From NCBI GenBank assembly GCA_965649295.1, contig CBFGKH010000003.1:32001-96000 (forward strand): a stretch of 64,000 nt of DNA, written 5' to 3'. Of the stretch, positions 1-10,404 are shown in pieces (position 1 is the stretch's first letter; the number at the start of each line of letters is the position of its first letter). A program made the translations under genes and the position numbers. This stretch comes from a candidate division WOR-3 bacterium (GTDB lineage: Bacteria > Hydrothermota > Tepidihabitantia > Tepidihabitantales > Tepidihabitantaceae). The notes under the pieces are model-generated. The model had not been told where the DNA came from. It searched no databases and saw only the letters and a list, made by a program, of their open reading frames with translations.

Positions 1-50
1 CGGCCACCGTCACGTTTGCGCCGGATCAACTCATAAAGATTGATATGCAT
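1..50 (-). CDS. pdp: Pyrimidine-nucleoside/thymidine phosphorylase, N-terminus only (runs off window)
   Basis: Minus strand reads MHINLYELIRRKRDGG, matching the Pdp/DeoA N-terminal xxI.KKRDG motif; preceded by a promoter. Confidence 0.75.
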   Translation of the reverse strand, partial: MHINLYELIRRKRDGG

Positions 51-65
51 TTGGAACGACAGGGC

Positions 66-93
66 ATCATAACCCGACCGCCAGCCGTGTCAA
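66..93 (-). promoter_or_regulatory. sigma70-type promoter for pdp
   Basis: TTGACA-N16-TATGAT on minus strand. Confidence 0.7.
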
Positions 94-111
94 ACAGACA
101 GGCCCAACCGT

Positions 112-1815
112 CTACCGAATCACCATCGAACCTGTCCTGGCCTCTCTGTCAGTCACTACTCGGACGAAATAGGTACCAGCCGGCACCTTTGCATCCCAGA
201 CCACTGACGAGCCATCGGGCCGGTCGAAGTCCGCGACTACACGACCGGCCACATCGGTCACGAGCACTTGCCTAGCGCAACCCGACCAGCCAATCGTCAC
301 TGACCCCCTACCCACAGTTGGGCAGATTACCAGTGCTGCTCCACCAGCCCGAGGCAACCGTGACTCTGACACTGCTCCACCGGTGAACCATGGCGCGTTG
401 AAATAGACGCCCGTGCTGTCTGCATCCGCGAACACGAGCCCACCACCTGGCCCCGGCCCATGGGGCGAATAGACGATTTGCGGCGTGACATCGTAGCCAA
501 AGCCGGTTCGCACGGTCTGGTTGATAAGAGTCGGCGCTGACCAGTTGTCCGGCTGATTTGCCTGGGCCCAGACCAGATAGCAGGTAAAGTCGTCGGTGCG
601 GACGTAGGAGGCATTGACATAGGGGTTACCGCGTTCGGTGAATGGCTTTAGGTCTACATACGCCTCAACCGCAGTTGAGTAAGCAATATCGTCAATCACG
701 CTCCAGGTCCGCATTCGGTCATTGGTATGAGCGTAGAGGACATCCCAGTCGAGAGTGCCGTTATAGTTATGACTGAAGACTATCCAGCAGCGGGCTGTTG
801 ATTCTGGCAGAGTGAAGGCCGGCGCAAAGACAGCATCGTAAACCCGAAACGAGTCGGCAACAACATCATCCGAGAGCCACGAACCAGGACTGCCAAAGAA
901 GGTACTGAGCGATGCCTGCGCAACGTTACGGAACCTCGCCACTCGTGGCGCTGCCCCTAGGTAGATGTGTGAACCGGCACCGGCCCGTAGGCGCGGATGA
1001 CTACAATTCGCAATTGAATCGGTGATTGCCCAAGTAAGGCCAAAGTCTGTTGACCGCAGCAACGCGGCTGCGGGCCAGTCGGTTGTTCTCTCCTGCATGC
1101 CGTTATAGGCAACCCCATAGAGGTAGTAGGGCCTGACATAATCGCGGCAGGCAGCAAAGTCGGTAATCGAATCCGGCCCCACCAGCACCGGTGTCCCGAA
1201 CTGTACACTGCCGTTGTGGTTGAGTCGCACAACCCTGAGGTCGCCGTTGTTCTCTTCCAGCAGTTCGAAGACATAAACGAAGTTAGAGTCGCCCTCACCG
1301 ACGACAAGCTCCAACTTGCCGATTGGGTGCTTGGGTGGCCAGTAGTAACCTGTCAACCAATCCCAAGACGCGCCGTGATTGGTCGAACGCAACACGTGAA
1401 CCGAAGAATCTGACCGCGACCCCACTGCCACCCACATTGTGCCGTTCGGGTCCTGCTCGTAGTCAACTGCAAACCAATAGGGCGGAGCACCATCGATCTG
1501 CTGGTCAGGAGCAAACCATTGCGGCCGAGCGGCCAGAATAACGGGTTGCTTGATATCTGACCGACGTGACTGTCGTGACAGCAGGACGGCCTGAATCTCG
1601 TTCTCAAGCAGTTTGGCACCGGTCCGGTCACCAGCCGCCAGCCGCTCCTGCTGCTGCAGTCGAATCTGTTCGAACTCAGACGTTGCATTGCCTGCCCGCC
1701 CCGGCAAGAGGCCGGACTTGAAAGAACTGGCTGGCATCAGCTCGGGCCGGTCTTTGGCCGCAAGAGTCACCGACACCAACATTAGTACTATGCGCAGAGC
1801 CAGACTAATACGCAT
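112..1815 (-). CDS. Secreted BNR/Asp-box (sialidase-like) protein with T9SS-like C-terminal domain
   Basis: Signal peptide; Asp-boxes RSTNHGASW and RSTDFGLTW; tail VTDVAGRVV...VWD..VPAGTYFVRV; SD GAGGAGG. Confidence 0.75.
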   Translation of the reverse strand: MRISLALRIVLMLVSVTLAAKDRPELMPASSFKSGLLPGRAGNATSEFEQIRLQQQERLAAGDRTGAKLLENEIQAVLLSRQSRRSDIKQPVILAARPQWFAPDQQIDGAPPYWFAVDYEQDPNGTMWVAVGSRSDSSVHVLRSTNHGASWDWLTGYYWPPKHPIGKLELVVGEGDSNFVYVFELLEENNGDLRVVRLNHNGSVQFGTPVLVGPDSITDFAACRDYVRPYYLYGVAYNGMQERTTDWPAAALLRSTDFGLTWAITDSIANCSHPRLRAGAGSHIYLGAAPRVARFRNVAQASLSTFFGSPGSWLSDDVVADSFRVYDAVFAPAFTLPESTARCWIVFSHNYNGTLDWDVLYAHTNDRMRTWSVIDDIAYSTAVEAYVDLKPFTERGNPYVNASYVRTDDFTCYLVWAQANQPDNWSAPTLINQTVRTGFGYDVTPQIVYSPHGPGPGGGLVFADADSTGVYFNAPWFTGGAVSESRLPRAGGAALVICPTVGRGSVTIGWSGCARQVLVTDVAGRVVADFDRPDGSSVVWDAKVPAGTYFVRVVTDREARTGSMVIR

Positions 1816-1849
1816 ACGCTCCTCCTCGGGAAATTGCCGAGCTATTGTC

Positions 1850-1879
1850 AGTCTAGCCCCCCTCCTGATATCCTGTCAA
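1850..1879 (-). promoter_or_regulatory. sigma70-type promoter
   Basis: TTGACA-N18-TAGACT upstream of the BNR gene. Confidence 0.5.
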
Positions 1880-1924
1880 CCAACGACTGGTGCTTTACAA
1901 GTGAGGCAACTTCATACTGCCACG

Positions 1925-2324
1925 TCACCCCCACTGACGACGCGACCCTGCCAAGAATGGTCTCCGCAACTCGCCTGACACCAGCACAGCAAAGACATCA
2001 GCAAACCTAGTCAGCCACCCAGCTACGGACCTATCGCCGAGCTGTCTGCCGCACCCTGACCAAGAGCTGACGGCATGCCTGTCAGCAGAGAGCCACCAAA
2101 ACAGCTGAAGAATGTCTTCTACAGACCAAGACTGGAAGTGACCTCCAAAACCCCACCTAAGCCCAGCCCCAATGGCTATTGCGTACCCCGCCACAAGTAG
2201 CCATTGACCTGCCTCTACTAGAAGCGTCACAGTAGGTCCCCCGAACCACTCCCGGGACGGCCCCCTGGATGGGTTCTCAGCAAGCGTCTGGCACACCCAA
2301 CCCAGCAATTCGCTGTCAGTTACG
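1925..2324 (-). repeat. Dispersed element copy 1: conserved head plus degenerate 12-nt periodic tail
   Basis: 2241-2324 aligns in reverse with 37139-37223 (18-nt exact core GTCCCGGGAGTGGTTCGG); in 12-mers counted from 1931, 20 of 31 have A at position 3. Confidence 0.7.
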
Positions 2325-2390
2325 TTGAAACCCGACCTAGTTGTCTTTCCGAAACAAAAAGAGTTCTGCACCACCAAACCACGGCTGTGC

Positions 2391-2418
2391 TTGACAGCCG
2401 GACTGATGCTTCTATACT
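2391..2418 (+). promoter_or_regulatory. rho promoter
   Basis: TTGACA-N16-TATACT; the -35 lies within the hairpin CGGCTGT-GCTTG-ACAGCCG; followed by a ~210 nt leader. Confidence 0.7.
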
Positions 2419-2636
2419 TCCTTTGAGGACGGAACCAGCCGGCCAAGGCATCTGGCCCAAACCCGGCAGTCCCATGCTCCCACGGATAAGTCCCGGAAAC
2501 TGCATCGCTGACAAACGCTAGTTTCCTTCTCCCGCTACGTAAACCTGGTCTAGCTTCGGGACGTCGAGCATCGGGCCGAAACGAAACAACACCGGCAGTT
2601 CCAAACCCGGACTCTGTCCGGGACCAAGGAGAGACA

Positions 2637-3902
<1,266 letters not shown>

Positions 3903-3911
3903 GGCGGACAT

Positions 3912-4133
3912 ATGAAACCAAAGATTCATCCCAAGTACGTTGACTCAGTAATCGTCTGTGCCTGCGGCAACACCATCAAGACCCGCTCGACTAAGCCGAA
4001 GATGAATGTTGACCTCTGCTCAGCCTGCCACCCATTCTTCACTGGCAAGCAGAAGCTGGTTGACACTGCCGGCCGAGTCGAGAAGTTCCGCCGCAAGTAC
4101 GGCCAGCCGGCCGGCACGGCCAAACCGAAGTAA
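3912..4133 (+). CDS. rpmE: 50S ribosomal protein L31 (Zn-binding type)
   Basis: [26 protein letters not shown]. Confidence 0.98.
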   Translation: MKPKIHPKYVDSVIVCACGNTIKTRSTKPKMNVDLCSACHPFFTGKQKLVDTAGRVEKFRRKYGQPAGTAKPK

Positions 4134-4161
4134 CCGCTACCGGACCGTCTTACAGCAGCCG

Positions 4162-5284
4162 ATGCCTGCCGGCGACACCCGTAGCAGCACTGCCGATATT
4201 GCTGCCCTTACTGAGCGGCTGCGTAAGCTGCAGGAGTTTCTTTGACCTGCCGGCTCGCCGCGCTGAACTCAAACAACTCAACGAGGAAACCGGTCGGCCT
4301 GACTTCTGGACTGATTCACGCCGCGCCCAAGCGGTCATGCGCCGCGTCGGCGCACTCAACGACCTGCTCCAACGGGTAGACCGGCTCGACCAGGAAGTGG
4401 CCGACGCTGCCGAGCTGCTTCGGCTCTTCGGCAGCGAAGACGAGACGGCCCAGGCCGAACTCGAACAGACCATCAGAACCATCGAACAGGACATCACCGC
4501 TCTCGAAGAGCGGGCGATGTTCGCATCGCCGGAGGACGCCCGTTCAGCGATTCTGTCAATCCACCCGGGTGCCGGTGGTACTGAGTCATGCGACTGGGCG
4601 CAGATGCTCTATCGGCTCTATACCCGTTACATTGAAATCAGCGGACTCAAGTATCAAGTCCTCGACTATCAGGAAAACGAGGAGGCCGGCATCAAGGACG
4701 CCACCCTGGAAGTCACCGGCGCGTATGCCTACGGCCTACTGAAATCGGAGGCCGGCGTGCATCGGCTGGTCCGGGTTTCACCGTTTGATGCCAATGGCCG
4801 ACGCCACACCAGTTTTGCGGCGGTCTCGGTCCTCCCCGAAGTGGACGAGATTGAGGTTGAAATCAATCCCAATGACCTAAAGGTTGACACATTTCGGGCT
4901 GGTGGCCATGGCGGTCAGAATGTCAACAAGGTGAGTTCGGCGGTTCGCATCACCCATCTGCCGACCGGCATCGTTGTCGTCTGCCAGAACGAACGTAGCC
5001 AACTGCAGAACAAGACCAACGCTCTGAAGATTCTCCGCTCTCGGCTCTACGACTACTACAAGCGTGCTCAGGACGCCGAACGGGAGAAACTCGAAGCTCA
5101 GAAAACCGACATTGCCTGGGGCCACCAAATTCGTTCCTATGTCTTCTTTCCCTACCAGCTGGTCAAAGACCATCGCACCGGCGTTGAGACCCATGACGTC
5201 AATGCTGTAATGGACGGTCATATCCAACCTTTCGTCCACGCCTGGCTGACCAATCGCACCAACCGAACCCCTGCTTCAGCTTGA
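4162..5284 (+). CDS. prfB: Peptide chain release factor 2, translated via programmed +1 frameshift
   Basis: ATG 4162 frame stops at CTT-TGA-C (4240-4246); the +1 frame contains SPF and GGQ motifs. Confidence 0.97.
4232..4246 (+). other. prfB +1 frameshift site
   Basis: AGGAG-TTT-CTT-TGA-C: internal SD 3 nt before the canonical slippery CTTTGAC. Confidence 0.95.
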
Positions 5285-5310
5285 CAACGCGGCAATCGCG
5301 GCATTAGAAT
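5281..5310 (+). promoter_or_regulatory. sigma70-type promoter for ferredoxin
   Basis: TTGACA-N18-TAGAAT, -35 overlapping the prfB stop. Confidence 0.55.
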
Positions 5311-5367
5311 CGCACGTTGCATTGAAAAGAGTGCCGGTCCTGGGCCGGCTGACAACGGAGGTAATCG

Positions 5368-5553
5368 ATGAAAGTGTCGGTTGACAGAGAACTCTGCACT
5401 TGCTGCGAGCTCTGCGTGAACAGTTGTCCGGATATCTTCGAAGTTGATGGTGATGTGGTCAAGGCCAAGGTTGATGTTGTACCCGAGGGTGCAGAAGAGT
5501 GCGTCCAGCAGGCCGCTGAGGACTGTCCGGCCAGCGCCATCAAGATCGAGTAA
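5368..5553 (+). CDS. Single-cluster 4Fe-4S ferredoxin
   Basis: CxxCxxCxxxCP plus distal CP; SD GGAGGT. Confidence 0.93.
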   Translation: MKVSVDRELCTCCELCVNSCPDIFEVDGDVVKAKVDVVPEGAEECVQQAAEDCPASAIKIE

Positions 5554-5571
5554 GTTGGTATTTAGGCAAGT

Positions 5572-5601
5572 GCCCGCCGGCTCCGCCGGCGGGCGTTCGT
5601 T
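5572..5601 (+). terminator. Hairpin terminator
   Basis: GCCCGCCGGC-TCC-GCCGGCGGGC followed by a weak T tract. Confidence 0.6.
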
Positions 5602-5645
5602 GTAACTGCTCCGAAATGGCCGATTCCAGCGTCTAACATAAAGAG

Positions 5646-6305
5646 GTGGCCAATATGCTCCTAAACGACAATGTCAAAAATCAAGTACTGAGTCGTTTCA
5701 ATGCTATCACCAACCCGGTTCGACTCGTCGTCTTTACCCAGGAAGTCGAGTGTGCCCATTGCCGCGAGAACCGACAATTGGCTGAGGAAGTGGCGGCACT
5801 GGCGCCGGACAGAGTCGCCATCGAGGTTCACAATCTCATTACCGAACCTGATAAGGCCCAGCAGTTCAACGTCGATAAGGTTCCGGCCATTGCCGTTGTC
5901 GGCAATAAAGACTACGGGATCCGCTTCTACGGCGTGCCCGCTGGTTTTGAGTTCAGCACTTTCATCGCTGCCATCGAATTGGCCGCCAGTGGCGACAGCC
6001 GGCTCAAGCCGGCGTCACTGACAAGACTCACCACTCTTTCTGCCCCGGTTGAAATAATGGTCTTCACCACACTCACCTGTCCGGCCTGTCCGGCAGCCGC
6101 GATGCTAGCCCACCGCATCGCTGTCGCCAGTGACCTGGTCACTGCCAGTGTCATTGACGCCGCCGAGTTTCCCCACCTTGCCAATCTCTACAATGTCATG
6201 GCTGTGCCCAAGATCGTCGTCAATCGTAGCCATTCCTTCACCGGCGCCCTACCCGAGGAGAAATTCGTAGCAGAAGTCATCAACGGAGCAGTTGCCACGA
6301 GATGA
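5646..6305 (+). CDS. Protein disulfide oxidoreductase (two thioredoxin folds, AhpF-NTD/PDO-like)
   Basis: CAHC and CPAC motifs, GIRFYGVPAGFEF, AVPKIVVN. Confidence 0.9.
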   Translation: MANMLLNDNVKNQVLSRFNAITNPVRLVVFTQEVECAHCRENRQLAEEVAALAPDRVAIEVHNLITEPDKAQQFNVDKVPAIAVVGNKDYGIRFYGVPAGFEFSTFIAAIELAASGDSRLKPASLTRLTTLSAPVEIMVFTTLTCPACPAAAMLAHRIAVASDLVTASVIDAAEFPHLANLYNVMAVPKIVVNRSHSFTGALPEEKFVAEVINGAVATR

Positions 6306-7393
6306 TGAAGAACTCAATCCGGCTTGGCACTCTCTTCGGCATACCTATTACCCTCCACAGCTCGTTTCTGCTCTTTCTTGCACTGCTAGCTGCGGTCTAT
6401 CTTTTCCAGGGCGGCCCAGCTGCCGCCGTCCGGGGCGTCGCTTTCATCCTTGCGGTTTTCCTCTCAGTCACGCTCCACGAACTCGGCCACAGCCTTGTTG
6501 CCCGCAGCTACGGCATCAAGGTGCGAGAGATAGCACTGCTACCAATTGGCGGCATCTCTCACCTTGAGACGATGCCAACCCGACCAGCCGCTGAGTTCCT
6601 CATCTCGCTGGCCGGTCCAGCAACGAGTGTTGTCGTCGGGCTGCTACTCGGCCTAGTGAGCTTGTTCCTGTACGGGTTCAGGGCGACGATTGACCAGTCT
6701 CTCGCTGCCGGCCCATTCCTTGCTAACCTCGCCCGTGTCAACCTACTCCTCGCCATATTCAACCTGCTGCCGGGGTTTCCGATGGACGGGGGGCGCATCT
6801 TTCGTGCTATCCTTGCCAACAGAATGTCCTATCCGCAGGCGACTGCGATTGCCGCGACTGTCGGTCGCATCTTCGCCATTGTCCTAGGGATCGTCGGCCT
6901 CTTCTACAATCTCTGGCTACTCTTTATCGCCCTGTTCATTTTCTTCGGTGCAACTCAGGAAGAAAGTCAAGTACGAATCCGCACATTACTACACGGTGTC
7001 CCGGTTAGCCGCGTGATGGCCACCACCTTTCAGACCCTGGCACCCGACGACCCGATCAGCCGTGCCGTCGAACACGCCTACCACGGTTTTCAGGAGGATT
7101 TTCCGGTAACAAGTGCCGGCCGGGTTGTTGGCATGCTACAGAAGAACGACCTGCTGGCCGCGCTGCACCAACACGGCCCGCAGGTGCCGGTGGCTGAGGT
7201 TATGCAAACCGACTTCGTGTCGGTGAACCCGGAACAGACGCTAGAAGAAGTCTATCAGGCGATTCAGAACTGCCGCTGTTCGTCTTTGCCCGTCATTGCC
7301 AACGACGCTGTCATCGGCGTTGTGACGCTCGAGGCCCTTGGCCGTTTCTTTGCCTTCACTGGTGCCGCCAGCAGTCGCCCCAGTCGTGGCTAA
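6302..7393 (+). CDS. M50 site-2 metalloprotease with CBS domains
   Basis: HELGH, NLLPGFPMDGGR, TM helices, C-terminal CBS pair. Confidence 0.95.
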   Translation: MMKNSIRLGTLFGIPITLHSSFLLFLALLAAVYLFQGGPAAAVRGVAFILAVFLSVTLHELGHSLVARSYGIKVREIALLPIGGISHLETMPTRPAAEFLISLAGPATSVVVGLLLGLVSLFLYGFRATIDQSLAAGPFLANLARVNLLLAIFNLLPGFPMDGGRIFRAILANRMSYPQATAIAATVGRIFAIVLGIVGLFYNLWLLFIALFIFFGATQEESQVRIRTLLHGVPVSRVMATTFQTLAPDDPISRAVEHAYHGFQEDFPVTSAGRVVGMLQKNDLLAALHQHGPQVPVAEVMQTDFVSVNPEQTLEEVYQAIQNCRCSSLPVIANDAVIGVVTLEALGRFFAFTGAASSRPSRG

Positions 7394-8652
7394 CGACGAC
7401 GGCGATCGAGAGCCGCGTCAATCAGCCGCCGACAGCGAGCCAGTGCTGGTTCCGGGCCAGTAAGCTTGAGCCAAACCTTGCCTAGCCGATAGTCCTCGTC
7501 CACTACCCGTCCGGAGTTACGCAAAAGCGCAATCAAGTCGCCCCGCTGCTCCGGCACGGTGAACTCACGGCTTACCATCTGAGCCTCGACCCGGCGTAGT
7601 AGTGCGGCTTTCAGTTCATCAATCCCCTGACCAGACCTAGCCGACACAAACAGTGCCCCAGCATAACTACGCCGCAATCGTTCGATAACTGTCCGGTCAT
7701 AGACGACATCGATCTTGCTGAAGACAAGCTGGGTCGGCTTGTCGCCGGCACCGATTTGCACTAGTGTCTCGTTGACTACATCAATTCGCCGGTCAACCTG
7801 CTCGTCACTAGCATCAGCCACGTGCAGCACCAGGCTAGCATCACGGATTTCCGACAGCGTCGAACGAAAACTAGCAATAAGCTGAGGCGGCAAGTTACGG
7901 ATGAAACCAACGGTATCCGTGACCAGCACTCGCACTTGCCGACTGAGGTCGAGTCCCTTGGTATTCGCGTCGAGCGTGGCGAAAAGCTGGTCTGAAACTC
8001 TAACACCGGCTGCTGTTAGTCGGTTGAGCAGAGTTGACTTACCAGCATTGGTATAGCCGGCCAGCACCACCCGATACATCCCCACCCGCCGGTCGCGCTG
8101 AATCGCCCGTTCGCGGTCAATCCGCACCAGTGCCTTGCGTAGCGCGGCAATGCGCTGGTCAATCCGTCGCCGATCAACTTCCAGCTTAGTCTCACCCGGG
8201 CCGCGCGTACCAATCCCAGCCCCGAGGCGGGACAGCTCAACCCCGAATCCAGTCAGCCGCGGCCGCCGATACTCAAGCTGAGCCAGTTCCACCTGCGTTT
8301 TGGCCTCTGCCGTCCGAGCATGTAAAGCAAAGATATCAAGAATCAATGCTGCCCGGTCAATGATGCGCAATCGCATGGCGTCTTCGAGATTGCGCTGCTG
8401 TGTCGGACTGAGCTCCTCATCAAAGATTACAAGCTCAATCCGATGCTGACGGCAGAGATTGCGAAGCTGACTCACCATGCCTTTGCCGATGAGTGTTGCC
8501 GGGTCAAGTCGGGGCCGAACCTGAATCATCCGTTCGACGACCTCGCCGCCAGCCGTACGGGTGAGGGCGGCCAGCTCATCGAGCGATTCGGCCTTGGCCC
8601 AGCGCAACCGGCTCGAGGTCGCTACTCCAACCAGCAGGATTCTGACGCTCAA
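7390..8652 (-). CDS. hflX: GTPase HflX
   Basis: GPGETKLEVDRR, GYTNAGKS, DTVGF; likely TTG start at 8652 overlapping the upstream stop (longer ORF to 8814 not needed). Confidence 0.95.
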   Translation of the reverse strand: MSVRILLVGVATSSRLRWAKAESLDELAALTRTAGGEVVERMIQVRPRLDPATLIGKGMVSQLRNLCRQHRIELVIFDEELSPTQQRNLEDAMRLRIIDRAALILDIFALHARTAEAKTQVELAQLEYRRPRLTGFGVELSRLGAGIGTRGPGETKLEVDRRRIDQRIAALRKALVRIDRERAIQRDRRVGMYRVVLAGYTNAGKSTLLNRLTAAGVRVSDQLFATLDANTKGLDLSRQVRVLVTDTVGFIRNLPPQLIASFRSTLSEIRDASLVLHVADASDEQVDRRIDVVNETLVQIGAGDKPTQLVFSKIDVVYDRTVIERLRRSYAGALFVSARSGQGIDELKAALLRRVEAQMVSREFTVPEQRGDLIALLRNSGRVVDEDYRLGKVWLKLTGPEPALARCRRLIDAALDRRRR

Positions 8653-9227
8653 GACAGTTGCTTCAAGACGTGAAATAGACGCTGAACCACCGTCAGCAGG
8701 GAGCCGGCAGCAATGACGCCGAGGGCAACCGGCATGTAACGGGTACCAAGGAAGAAAGCGCCAATCAGTAGCAAGACAACGCGCACCGGCCGCTCGAACC
8801 AGCCGACCCGGCACTCAAAACCAACCCCTTCGGCCCGCGCCCGAACATAACTCACCAGCAACGAAAATACCAATGCAAGAATCGCCAGCAACGCCGCCGG
8901 CTGACTGCGCGGCGCATAATACCACCACACTCCGCCCAGCACGACCGCTTCGCTCAGCCGGTCAACATTCGAATCGAGGAACGCGCCCTTGGCCGTGGCC
9001 TGCCCGGTCCGGCGCGAGAGCTCACCGTCAATACTGTCGCACAGCCCGCTGAGTAACGCCAACCAACCGGCAAGTAGAAAACGGCCAGTAGCAAAAGCCC
9101 AAGCCGTCAGCACGCTCAGGGGCAACGCCGTGAGTGTCACCGCATTTGGCGTCACACCCAGCCGCGCCAACGAATTGACAATCGGTCTCAGCAACCGACG
9201 GCCGCTATTCTTTGTCTTCTCGTTCAT
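8649..9227 (-). CDS. CDP-alcohol phosphatidyltransferase (PIP-synthase/PgsA-like)
   Basis: TPNAVT, DxxDGxxxR...GAFLDxxxD, SYVRARAE. Confidence 0.9.
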   Translation of the reverse strand: MNEKTKNSGRRLLRPIVNSLARLGVTPNAVTLTALPLSVLTAWAFATGRFLLAGWLALLSGLCDSIDGELSRRTGQATAKGAFLDSNVDRLSEAVVLGGVWWYYAPRSQPAALLAILALVFSLLVSYVRARAEGVGFECRVGWFERPVRVVLLLIGAFFLGTRYMPVALGVIAAGSLLTVVQRLFHVLKQLS

Positions 9228-9924
9228 TCCCAGCCACAACCACGACTGTCTCGCCCAGTAGCTCACGATCGGCAAGCTGCTCACTGATACTTGCCAGGGT
9301 TCCGCGAATTACCTCCTCATATCGCTTGGTCAGCTCCCGACCAACAACTGCCCGTCGGTCTCCCCAGAGCTCAAGCATCTCCCCCAGAAGTCGTTTTACT
9401 CGCCGGGCTGACTCGCAGAATACCATGGTCCGCCTCTCGCCAACAAGGTCCAGCAGTCGCCGCCGCCGTCGGCCCTCTCGCTTCGGTAGAAAACCCTCGA
9501 ATGCGAAGCGGTCCGAAGGCAGCCCGGAAACCACCAACCCGGCCAGCAATGCCGAAGCGCCTGGAACCGGGACAACCGTCAGCCCGGCCTCAATCGCGGC
9601 CCGAATGAGATGAAAGCCTGGGTCCGAGATGCCGGGCGTACCCGCGTCGCTAACTAGAGCGACCCGTTTGCCATGCCGCAGCATCGTCAGCAGCTCGGGC
9701 GTGCGCCGCAACTTATTATAATCGTGATAGGACACCAGCCGGTTCTGCACTCGCAGTTGGCTTAGCAAAAGACCAGTCCGCCGCGTGTCCTCGCAGGCAA
9801 TGATGTCAACATCCCGCAGCACGTCGATGGCCCGCAGAGTGATGTCACCGAGATTACCGATAGGTGTCGAAACAACATAGAGACCGGCTGGCAGCGGAGT
9901 CGGATTCTTGTCGCCGGTGTTCAG
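9205..9924 (-). CDS. rsmI: 16S rRNA C1402 2'-O-methyltransferase
   Basis: LYVVSTPIGNLGDIT..ACEDTR..SDAGTPGISDPG..RELTK; start uncertain (only CTG at 9924 or 9894 available). Confidence 0.93.
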   Translation of the reverse strand: MNTGDKNPTPLPAGLYVVSTPIGNLGDITLRAIDVLRDVDIIACEDTRRTGLLLSQLRVQNRLVSYHDYNKLRRTPELLTMLRHGKRVALVSDAGTPGISDPGFHLIRAAIEAGLTVVPVPGASALLAGLVVSGLPSDRFAFEGFLPKREGRRRRRLLDLVGERRTMVFCESARRVKRLLGEMLELWGDRRAVVGRELTKRYEEVIRGTLASISEQLADRELLGETVVVVAGNEREDKE

Positions 9925-9933
9925 TGGCCCGCC

Positions 9934-10404
9934 CTACAGATCGATAAACTCAACCCGATCGGTGGCAGTATCCAGCACCGCCACCGTGCTGCGGCCGGTC
10001 AGCCAGCCGGCCGCCTCGCCTGGATTGATGACTGTCGGTGTTCCTGGCTGGTGGCAGAGTTTGTGGGTATGGCCGTGTAACAGGTAGTCGCAGTCGCTCA
10101 CCACGATCGGCTGGTGGTTAACGACAAACTTCTTGCCGTCAAGTACGAAACGGTATGGCCCTTCGCTAATCGTGAAGCCGAATTGCTGAGCCCGTCCGCG
10201 TAAAGCTTGCCGGTCGCCATCACAGTTGCCAAAGACAACGCAAACCGGCATTGTCAGTCGGCTCATCTCGACCAGCACAAACTGAGCGACGATATCGCCG
10301 CAATGGACAACCTGGTCAAGGCCAAACGAGTTGAAGAGCTGAACCGCTTGCCGCACCCGATCGAGGTTATCGTGCGTGTCCGAAACGATACCGACGCGGC
10401 TCAC
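9934..10404 (-). CDS. YfcE/MJ0936-family metallophosphoesterase
   Basis: SDTHDN, HCGD, GNCD, GHTH, NPGE. Confidence 0.93.
   Translation of the reverse strand: MSRVGIVSDTHDNLDRVRQAVQLFNSFGLDQVVHCGDIVAQFVLVEMSRLTMPVCVVFGNCDGDRQALRGRAQQFGFTISEGPYRFVLDGKKFVVNHQPIVVSDCDYLLHGHTHKLCHQPGTPTVINPGEAAGWLTGRSTVAVLDTATDRVEFIDL

Noticed and set aside
1931..2302. 12-nt periodic tract as a CRISPR array or simple VNTR
   Set aside because: Units are not identical and there is no repeat-spacer structure; reported as a separate element instead
8653..8814. N-terminal extension of HflX (similar extensions in the dnaK, hcp, DUF4097 and rpmD ORFs)
   Set aside because: They overlap upstream genes; downstream starts fit SD sites, overlaps and family N-termini better
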